Below are positions 21,387 to 30,374 of a DNA stretch of 64,000 nt, piece by piece. Source of the stretch: Polyangiales bacterium (GTDB taxonomy: Bacteria > Myxococcota_A > Polyangia > Polyangiales > JADJQN01); assembly GCA_964202905.1 (NCBI GenBank), contig CAXNJO010000002.1:256001-320000 (forward strand), read 5' to 3'. The translations under genes were made by a program, and so were the position numbers. Positions within the stretch are counted from its first letter, which is position 1. Each line of letters begins with the position of its first letter. The notes under the pieces were generated by a model that did no database searches, was not told the origin of the DNA, and worked only from the letters and a program-made list of their open reading frames with translations.

Positions 21387-23573
21387 TCAGGGGTCGGCGA
21401 CGGTGACCTCGAACGTGTAGGCCCCGGCGCTGCCGGGTCCGTAACCGTCGACGACGAAGAAGAAGGTCCCGGGCCCAAGCATGCGCGTGACCGCGCTCGC
21501 ACCGCCGCCACTGCCGCCGTCGTCGTCGCAGTAGGCATCTCCGCCGGAGGCGCAGCTGTCGCGGAACACCATGAGGACCGTATCGATGCTCGAGCCATCG
21601 GTCGAGGCCGTCACGACCTTCGGGGCCGCGAGGTCGAGACGAAAGGCCGCATCGGGACCGTCCGCGACCGTCGTGCAGACCGTCGAGCGGTAGTCGTCGA
21701 GGCCGAGCGCCGTCGTGCCGGTGAAGAGGCCCCCTGTCAGCGGGACGATCGTCGCTGCACCGCAGGTGTCGTTGCCGGTGACCGGGACCGCCACCGTCGG
21801 CGCGGACGTCGTGACCGTGACCGCGAAGCTCGACCGCGAGAAGCCTTCGACGACGACGTAGTACGTGCCCGGCGGCACATCGCGCACACGAGAGCGCACG
21901 GGCGTGCCGCGATCGCAGCGCAGCTCGCCCGCCGTCGAGCCGCACGCGGGGCGGATGGACGCGTTCATGTAGCGGGTGCCGCCGTCGATGACGACGGTCA
22001 AATCGCGCCGTTCCGTCAGCTCGAAGGCGTACACCGCGTCCACGTAGTTGAAGCCGCAGCCGGTGACGACATCGTCCTGTTTGTCCGCGAGCGTCCCGGG
22101 GGTGCGCGTGTCGAGCGCGATCGGGATGGCGTTCGCGCAGGACTCGCCCGCGGGAACGGACGTCGGCTCGGAGAAACTCACGTCGAGGTCGAAGTCGACG
22201 TCACGGTACGACGGCCCCTCGAGCACGAGGTGATAGCGGCCGGGCGGAAGGTCGCGGAGGCGTGTGTCGAAGGGCGCGCCCCCCGTGCAGCGAAGCACCT
22301 CGGCGGGGGCACCACACGCCCCGTACACGGCCCCGCTCAGCGAATCACCCGAGGAGCTCGTGGCCGTGATCGAGACGTCCTTGCGCTCGGTCAGCTCGAA
22401 CGCGTAGACGAGATCGGGGGAGCCGCCGTAGCCACACGGCAGCGACGAATCGTCGGCGACGTCGACGAAGGATCCCGGGAAGCGTCCGCCGGCGCTCACG
22501 TCGATCGGCGCGGCGCACGTCTCGTTCGTCGGCGGCACGCTCGGCGTCGTGAAGACGACCTCGACGGCGACCTCGTCGCCACCCGACGGCAGCCAAGGCG
22601 CAGAGGCGACGACTACGTAGTACGTGCCGGCGGCGAGCGCGCGCTTGCGGACCTGGGAGGGGAAGCCGGAGTTGCAGTCGAGAGACGGGCCGAGCGGCAG
22701 GAAACGCTCGCCGATCGCGCAGCGCGAGGCGTCGTCGGGGAGCGGCGCCCGGGTGCCGTGGAGCGAGATCGCCGCGAGGGCCTCGCCGCCCGCGTTCAGG
22801 TAGACGTCGCGCGGTTCGGGCAGCGTGAACGTGAGCACGGCGTCGCGGTAGCCGGAGCCGCCGCAGGAAAGCATGAAGTCCGAGGCCGCGCCGACGGTCG
22901 AGACCGTGAAGACGCCGCCCGCGCTCACGTCGAGGGGCTCGTCACACGCCGAGTCATGGGGAGGCCCGCCGCAGTCGCCGGGCATCACGTTCTCGTCGAC
23001 GACCTCGTCGCAGTCGTTGTCGATGCCGTCGTCGCAGAGCTCCGACGAGCGCGCACCGCGGGTCGGATCGCGGTCGTCGCAGTCGGTGCCGCCGGCGCAG
23101 TGCCAGTCGGCCTCGCCGTCCTCGTCGAAGTCCCGCGGGAAGTGGCCGCAGGTCTTCGCCTCTTCGTCGCAGCGGTCGATCGTGCAGACGTCGTCGTCGT
23201 TGCACGCCTCCGGGGGCCCGGGGACGCAACCGCGCACGGGGCTGCACTGCTCGACGCCGTTGCAGAAGATGCCGTCGTCGCAGCGCGTGAGGTCGACGGC
23301 GTTGCGGCAGAAGCCGCGCGGGTCGCAGGAGTCGGTCGTGCAATCGACGCGGTCGACGCAGTCCGCGTCGACGAGGCAGGGTCGCAGCGCGCCGAGGTCC
23401 ACGGCACTGGCGTCCCCGGGCGCCCCATCGGGCGACGTCGCGTCCGCCGGCGGGGCGGCGTCCGTGACGCCCCCGTCCATCGCGGGTGGTGCGGTGTCGT
23501 CGCCGCATCCGTGGAGGACGGCGGCGCAGGCCAGCAGGACGGCGAACGACGCGGGCGTCAGGCGGGGGCGCAT
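21387..23573 (-). CDS. Cys-rich surface lipoprotein, paralog of downstream gene
   Basis: Lipobox LHG-C; CDDGIFCNGVEQC, CNDDDVCTIDRCD, ELCDDGIDNDCDEVVDE; four LxxGxY modules. Confidence 0.82.
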   Translation of the reverse strand: MRPRLTPASFAVLLACAAVLHGCGDDTAPPAMDGGVTDAAPPADATSPDGAPGDASAVDLGALRPCLVDADCVDRVDCTTDSCDPRGFCRNAVDLTRCDDGIFCNGVEQCSPVRGCVPGPPEACNDDDVCTIDRCDEEAKTCGHFPRDFDEDGEADWHCAGGTDCDDRDPTRGARSSELCDDGIDNDCDEVVDENVMPGDCGGPPHDSACDEPLDVSAGGVFTVSTVGAASDFMLSCGGSGYRDAVLTFTLPEPRDVYLNAGGEALAAISLHGTRAPLPDDASRCAIGERFLPLGPSLDCNSGFPSQVRKRALAAGTYYVVVASAPWLPSGGDEVAVEVVFTTPSVPPTNETCAAPIDVSAGGRFPGSFVDVADDSSLPCGYGGSPDLVYAFELTERKDVSITATSSSGDSLSGAVYGACGAPAEVLRCTGGAPFDTRLRDLPPGRYHLVLEGPSYRDVDFDLDVSFSEPTSVPAGESCANAIPIALDTRTPGTLADKQDDVVTGCGFNYVDAVYAFELTERRDLTVVIDGGTRYMNASIRPACGSTAGELRCDRGTPVRSRVRDVPPGTYYVVVEGFSRSSFAVTVTTSAPTVAVPVTGNDTCGAATIVPLTGGLFTGTTALGLDDYRSTVCTTVADGPDAAFRLDLAAPKVVTASTDGSSIDTVLMVFRDSCASGGDAYCDDDGGSGGGASAVTRMLGPGTFFFVVDGYGPGSAGAYTFEVTVADP

Positions 23574-23787
23574 GGGCGCGGCTCCTCATTCTTCCGGGAG
23601 CCGGGCGCGACATGCTCCCGACTCGTCACGAGCGACGGGCCACTATGTCACGATTCGGCGTCCCTCCAAGCGTGCGCGCAACGCTGAGCCGCCATTCAAC
23701 CTCCACGCGCGCCACCCAGCGGGTCACGCGGCCGAGCGCCCCGCACGCGTGGGGTCGAGGGCGCGTCGCGTGCTACGGTCGGGCGCG

Positions 23788-25419
23788 ATGGGTGGGCGCG
23801 AGGAGGACGGGGCGGGGGCCAGCGCGGCCGTCGCGGGGGATGTGCGCGCGCCGGACGCCGGGCCGGCGCCGTCCGCGCCGTCCGCGCCCTCCCCGGCCGA
23901 CACGCCACGCCTCGAGCCCCTGCATTTCACGCTCCTCGATCACCTGCCGGTGATCGTTTTTCGCCACGGCATCGAGCGCGCGCGCCTGATCTTCGTGAAC
24001 CGGGCGTGGGAGCGGGTGCTGGGGCGGCCGGTCGAGGAGGCATACGCGCAGGGGCTCGACCCGGCCCTCGCCGACGACCGCTCGCGCGAGGCGCTCCGCG
24101 ACGCGCTCGCGCGCGCGGGCGCCGGCGAAGAGGTCCCCTGGCACGACCTCGTGTTCGTCCGGCGCGACGGTTCGCGCGTCACCGTGCGCGTGATGGTCTA
24201 TCCCGTGCGGGACGCCTCGGGCCGCGTGGAGGCGGTCGAGGGGATCGGACGCGACGTGCAGGCCGAGGTCGACGCCCGACACAAGCTGGTGCAGACGGAT
24301 CGACTGGCCGCGATCGGACAGCTCGCCGCGGGCGTCGCGCACGAGATCAACAACCCGGCCGCCTTCGTCGCGCTCAACCTGCAGCACCTCGCGCGCACGT
24401 TCCCCCAGGTGCGCGACGGCGTCGCGGACGCGGCGACCGTGGCGCGGTTCGCGCAGACACTCGAAGAGACCGCCGCCGGCGTCCGCCGCATCGTCGCGAC
24501 GGTCGATGAGCTCAAGCTCTTCGCGCGCATCCCCGAGGGCGCGTACTCGACGCCCGTCGACGTCAACCGCCTGATCCGCTCGGCCCTCGCGCTGACCCGC
24601 AGCGAGATCCGCGGGCGGGCGCGCCTCGTCACGGAGCTCGACGAGCAACTGCCGCTGCTCCCCGCGGACCCCGCGCTGCTCGGGCAGGTCTGCGTGAACC
24701 TCCTCCTTCACGCGGCGCAGTCGCTCCCGCGCGGGGACGCGGAGCGGAACGAGGTCCGCGTCGAGACGCGCGCGGGGGGCGATCACGTGCAGATCCGCGT
24801 CTCGGACACGGGCGCAGGCATCGCGCCGGAGACGCTGCCGCGGCTCTTCGATCCGTTCTTCTCGACGCCATCGGTCGGCGGGACGGGCAGCGGCGGGACG
24901 GGCCTCGGGCTCGCCATCAGCGCGGACGCCGTGCGCCGAATGGGCGGCACCCTCGAGGTCGATGGCGGCGCGCACGGGGGCACGCGGTTCACCGTGACGC
25001 TGCCGGTGATCGACGTCGCCCAGGCGGAGACTCGCCCACCTTCGGCCGCGACGATCGAGCGCGTCGTGATCGTCGAGGACGAGCCCGCGTTGGCGGAGGC
25101 GATGGCGCGCCAGCTCGAGGGGCGCTTCGAGGTCGCGATCGCCCGAGACGCCGCGGGGGCGCTGCGCGCCCTCGAGGCCCGCGACTTCGACCGGATCCTC
25201 TGCGACGTCGGGCTTCCGGACACACCGGGAACGACGCTCTTCGACCGCGTGATCGACCACCGGCCCGACCTCGCGACGCGCTTCGTCTTCGTCACGGGCG
25301 ACCCGCTCGACCCGATGCTCGAGGCGCTGACCGCGGCGCACGGCGTGCGCGTCCTCGAGAAGCCGTTCGACCCGTCGGAGCTCGAGGACGTCCTGCGGGG
25401 CAGCGCGCGCGACGCTTGA
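23788..25419 (+). CDS. Hybrid sensor histidine kinase (PAS-HisKA-HATPase-REC)
   Basis: FVNRAW/PAC, AGVAHEINNP, DTGAGI, FDPFFST, GTGLGL, VEDE..LCD..KPF. Confidence 0.92.
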   Translation: MGGREEDGAGASAAVAGDVRAPDAGPAPSAPSAPSPADTPRLEPLHFTLLDHLPVIVFRHGIERARLIFVNRAWERVLGRPVEEAYAQGLDPALADDRSREALRDALARAGAGEEVPWHDLVFVRRDGSRVTVRVMVYPVRDASGRVEAVEGIGRDVQAEVDARHKLVQTDRLAAIGQLAAGVAHEINNPAAFVALNLQHLARTFPQVRDGVADAATVARFAQTLEETAAGVRRIVATVDELKLFARIPEGAYSTPVDVNRLIRSALALTRSEIRGRARLVTELDEQLPLLPADPALLGQVCVNLLLHAAQSLPRGDAERNEVRVETRAGGDHVQIRVSDTGAGIAPETLPRLFDPFFSTPSVGGTGSGGTGLGLAISADAVRRMGGTLEVDGGAHGGTRFTVTLPVIDVAQAETRPPSAATIERVVIVEDEPALAEAMARQLEGRFEVAIARDAAGALRALEARDFDRILCDVGLPDTPGTTLFDRVIDHRPDLATRFVFVTGDPLDPMLEALTAAHGVRVLEKPFDPSELEDVLRGSARDA

Positions 25420-25450
25420 CGCCGCGACGGGACTCGGGTTCAACGGGGCG

Positions 25451-26578
25451 ATGGAACGCCCGGCGCCGCTCCCCCTGCCGATCGACGCGCTCCCCGAGGC
25501 GGCGCGACGCTTCTGCGATCCCGCGGCCCCGCTCCCCGCGCGCACGATGGCCGCGCGCGGGCTCGTCCCGCTGCGCGGCGCCGAGCTCGTCACCGTGCTC
25601 GCGCAGCTGTGCGCCGACCCCGAAGCGAGCGTCGCGGCGGCCGCTCTCGGCACGCTCGACGCGCTCCCGGAGAACGTGCTCGGCAGCGCCTGCGAGGGCC
25701 CACTCCACGCGAGCGTGCTCGACGCGCTCGCCGAGCGGATCACGCGCACCGAGATCCGCGAGCGCATCGCCGCCAACCCCGCCACGCACGACGGCACCGT
25801 CGCGCTGCTCGCGCGCGAGGCCGACGATCGCCTCGGCGAGCGCATCGCCGCGAACGAGGAGCGGTTGTTGCGCGCGCCGGCGATCATCGGCGCGCTCTAC
25901 AACAACCGCCGCGTGCGGATGTCGACGGCCGACCGGCTGGTCGAGCTCGCCGGGCGCCATGGCATCGAGGTCCCGGGCATCCCGAAGGAGACGCTCGAGG
26001 CGCACGTCGGCGCGATCGCGGGTGAGCCCGTGTTCGAGCCGACCGACGCCGTGCTCCCCGACGACGTGGAGTTCTCGGGGACGGTCGCCGTCGATGCCGA
26101 CGATCCGGACGCGGTCGAGGTCGACACCGAGAAGGAAGAGGAGCGCGTCCGCGAGCAGCACCTGCCTCTGCTGATGGCGATCGCGCGGCTCTCCAAGGCG
26201 AAGAAGCTGCGTCTCGCCCAGATCGGCAACGCCTCGGCGCGCGCGATCCTGATGCGCGACAAGGATCGACAGATCGCGATGGCGGCCGTGCGCTCGCCGC
26301 AGCTCACGCTGCCCGAGGCCGTGGCCGTCGCGCACTCACGGCAGGTCAGCGAGGACATCCTGAAGTTCATCGGTACGCAGCGCGCACTCACGCGGAGCGG
26401 GGACATCAAGCGCGCGCTGGTGTTCAACCCGAAGACGCCCTTCGGCATCACGCTCGGCTTCCTGTCGCACCTGCACGCCAACGACCTGCGGGACCTCTCG
26501 CGCAGCCGCAACGTCGCCCCGCAGTTGAAGAGCGCTGCGCTGCAGAAGATCGCCGCGAAGGAAAAGAAGGACAAGTAG
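25451..26578 (+). CDS. Hypothetical helical-repeat protein
   Basis: Long GC3-biased ORF; repeated IAANP/LYNN/VRSP/VFNP helical motifs; first gene of a run ending in panBC. Confidence 0.75.
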   Translation: MERPAPLPLPIDALPEAARRFCDPAAPLPARTMAARGLVPLRGAELVTVLAQLCADPEASVAAAALGTLDALPENVLGSACEGPLHASVLDALAERITRTEIRERIAANPATHDGTVALLAREADDRLGERIAANEERLLRAPAIIGALYNNRRVRMSTADRLVELAGRHGIEVPGIPKETLEAHVGAIAGEPVFEPTDAVLPDDVEFSGTVAVDADDPDAVEVDTEKEEERVREQHLPLLMAIARLSKAKKLRLAQIGNASARAILMRDKDRQIAMAAVRSPQLTLPEAVAVAHSRQVSEDILKFIGTQRALTRSGDIKRALVFNPKTPFGITLGFLSHLHANDLRDLSRSRNVAPQLKSAALQKIAAKEKKDK

Positions 26579-26580
26579 CC

Positions 26581-27840
26581 ATGTCTTTCTTCCAGAAACT
26601 CTTCGGCGGCGCCTCGTTCGAGGCGCTGCGCGCCGAGGCGGACGCCCACTTCGAGGCCGGGCGCCACGGCGAGGCGAAGCTCTCCTACGATCGGGCGCTC
26701 GCCAAGCAAAAGGGCGCCGTGCCCGCGGACGTCGCGCACGTGACCGCGCGCATCGAGGCGTCCCGCGACGCGATCGCCGAGGCGCGCGTCCGCGCGGCGG
26801 AGGACTTCCTCGCCCACGGCGATCTCGGGCTCGCCCGGGCCGAGCTCGAGGGCGCGGTCGAGACGGCCGCGGGCGCGGAGCTCCGGCGCGCGATCGAGCG
26901 GCGGCTCGAGGCGCTCGAGCGTGGGGACGCCCGCGAGCGCGCACGCCCGCCATCCGTCGACGACGACGAGATCCTCGAGGCCATGTCGGGGAGCTGGGAG
27001 CCCGAGCAGCGCGAGGAGTACGACGCCGCCGGGCCGAAGTTCCGCGAGGCCCTGCTCGCCGCGAACGCGGGGCGCTTCGACGAGGCGGTCACGCTGCTCG
27101 AGGCGCTCGTCGACGCCGCCCGCTCGCCGCACTATCTGCGCTTCGAGCTCGGGATCGCGCGGGTCGCCACCGACGACACGGCCGGCGCCGAGAGCGCGCT
27201 GCGCGGCTACCTCGAGAGCATCGGGCCGGACGAGGGCGGCGCCGCGCGCCTCGCCGCGCACGGCGCGCTCGCGCAGCTGTCCGATGCGCGCGGAGACGAG
27301 GAGGCGGCGGTCGCCGAGCTCGGCCGCGCGATCGAGGCGCTCGAGGAGGACCCGCGCCCGTACATCATGCTCGGCAACTACCTGCGGCGGCGCGGGCATG
27401 CCGAGGACGCCATCGACGTGCTCGAGTCCGCGCTCGCGGTCATCGGCGAGGGGCAGATCGACCCCTTCGTGCAGCAGGAGCTCGCCCTCGCGCACCGCGA
27501 CGCGGGCCACGACGCCGAGGCGGAGCGACAGCTCGAGCAGCTCCTCGAGGCGCTCGTGAAGCAGGCGCGCCTCGACTTCCCGCCGGAGGCGACCGTCGCG
27601 CTCGCGGAGCTCCACGAAAAACGCGGCAACCCCCAGCGCGCCGCCGATCTCTGGCGCTCGCTCACCCGCGGCAGTGACCGCACGAGCCACCTCCGCTATC
27701 ACCGGGAGGCCGCGCGGCTCCTCGTCGCCCTCGACCTGCGGGACGAGGCGCGCCGCATGTACCAGCGCGCCGCCGAGCTCGCCGAGGGCGACGCCGACGC
27801 GGCGCGGGACATCGCCGCGCGCCTCGCCGAACTCGCGTGA
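26581..27840 (+). CDS. Tetratricopeptide repeat protein
   Basis: Multiple TPR-like Ala/Leu helical repeats; 2 nt after previous stop. Confidence 0.8.
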   Translation: MSFFQKLFGGASFEALRAEADAHFEAGRHGEAKLSYDRALAKQKGAVPADVAHVTARIEASRDAIAEARVRAAEDFLAHGDLGLARAELEGAVETAAGAELRRAIERRLEALERGDARERARPPSVDDDEILEAMSGSWEPEQREEYDAAGPKFREALLAANAGRFDEAVTLLEALVDAARSPHYLRFELGIARVATDDTAGAESALRGYLESIGPDEGGAARLAAHGALAQLSDARGDEEAAVAELGRAIEALEEDPRPYIMLGNYLRRRGHAEDAIDVLESALAVIGEGQIDPFVQQELALAHRDAGHDAEAERQLEQLLEALVKQARLDFPPEATVALAELHEKRGNPQRAADLWRSLTRGSDRTSHLRYHREAARLLVALDLRDEARRMYQRAAELAEGDADAARDIAARLAELA

Positions 27841-28262
27841 GGCTGCGGCTCGCGACGCTGCCGCTCGCGGCGGGTTGCGGCGCGAGCGCGGGCGCGACCG
27901 TCGCGCTCCTGCTCGGTACGTGGATCCCCAACTGGGGGCTCACGGGGGGCGCCGCGCTCGGACTCGCGACGCTCGCGCTCGGGCTGCGGGTCGTCCCGGG
28001 CCACCGGGAGTTGCTGCTCGTGACGACGGGCCTCGCGTGCTTCGTGGCCGCGTTCCTGCTCGCGACGATCCCGGCGACGCTCGTCGGCCTCGAGGACTTC
28101 GTCGCGACCAAGCTCCCGGAGTTGCAGGCGCGCGCAGGCGACGCCGTGCGCGAGGTGCGGGTCCGGCTCTACGCGCGCTGGGGCACGGCCGCGATCGGCG
28201 CCGCGCTCGCCGTGGGGGCAGCGGTCGTCGAAGGACGGCGCGCACGCACGCGCGGCGCGTGA
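27837..28262 (+). CDS. Hypothetical membrane protein
   Basis: GTGA overlap; about 4 hydrophobic segments. Confidence 0.65.
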   Translation: MRLRLATLPLAAGCGASAGATVALLLGTWIPNWGLTGGAALGLATLALGLRVVPGHRELLLVTTGLACFVAAFLLATIPATLVGLEDFVATKLPELQARAGDAVREVRVRLYARWGTAAIGAALAVGAAVVEGRRARTRGA

Positions 28263-28354
28263 GGGCCGTGCGGCAGGCGATCTGCTAGCGTCGATGCCGC
28301 ACGCGAGGGCGTGGACCGTGGACTCCGCGGCCGCGACCCGGACGTCTCCCCGCC

Positions 28355-29315
<961 letters not shown>

Positions 29316-29323
<8 letters not shown>

Positions 29324-30200
29324 CGCGACGCCCGCAGCGACCGTGCGCACCGTGCACGACCCGGACGCGCTCCGCACCGCCTGCCACGAGGCGCGGGCGC
29401 GCGGGCTGCGCATCGCGGTCGTCCCGACGATGGGCGCGCTGCACGAAGGGCACCTCACGCTCGTCGACGAGGCGCGGCGGCGCGCCGACTTCGTCGTCGT
29501 CACGATCTTCGTGAACCCGCTCCAGTTCGGGCCGCGCGACGACTTCGCGCGTTACCCGCGCACGCTCGCAGACGACATCGCGCTCTGCGGCGCACGCGGC
29601 GTCGACGTCGTGTTCGCGCCGGCGCGCGAGGCGATGTACCCCGACGGCTTCGCGACGAGCGTCTCGGTTCGCGGGGTGAGCGAGCCGCTCGAGGGCGCGC
29701 ACCGACCCGGGCACTTCGACGGCGTCACGACCGTCGTCGCCAAGCTCTTCGGGCTCGTCGGCGCGTCGGTCGCGGTCTTCGGCCGCAAGGACTACCAGCA
29801 GTGGAAGGTCATCGCGCGCATGACGCGCGACCTCGACCTGCCGGTGCGCGTCGTCGGACACCGGACCATCCGCGAGCCCGACGGCCTCGCGCTCTCGTCG
29901 CGCAACCGCTACCTCGACGCCGACGCGCGACAGCGCGCACTCGGGCTCGTCGCCGGACTGCGCGCCGCCGCGCGGGCCTTCGACGCAGGCGAGCGCGACG
30001 CCGGCGCGCTCGAGTCCGCGGCGCACGCCGAGATCGCCCCGCGCGTCGACGCGATCGACTACGTCGCCGTGCGCGACCCGGAGACGCTCGCGCCCTTCGA
30101 CGGCCCCGTGCGGGACCGCGCGGTGCTCGCGGTCGCGGCGCGCCTCGGCACGACGCGCCTCCTCGACAACCTCGTCCTCGGCGAAGAACCCACGCCCTGA
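29316..30200 (+). CDS. panC: Pantoate--beta-alanine ligase
   Basis: [48 protein letters not shown]. Confidence 0.97.
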
Positions 30201-30374
30201 CGCATCCGACGCGCGCAGCAGAAGCGCGGTGAATTCATGGCGTTGCGCGTCCAGAAGCGGCCATCGTGCGGCCCCTGGCGCGCCGCAGCGGGCGGAGTCG
30301 CACGCGAGACCGAAGACGCGCCGAGGCGACGTCCGGGTGCCGACAGTCCACCGCGGGCGGGGGTTCCGGGCGCG

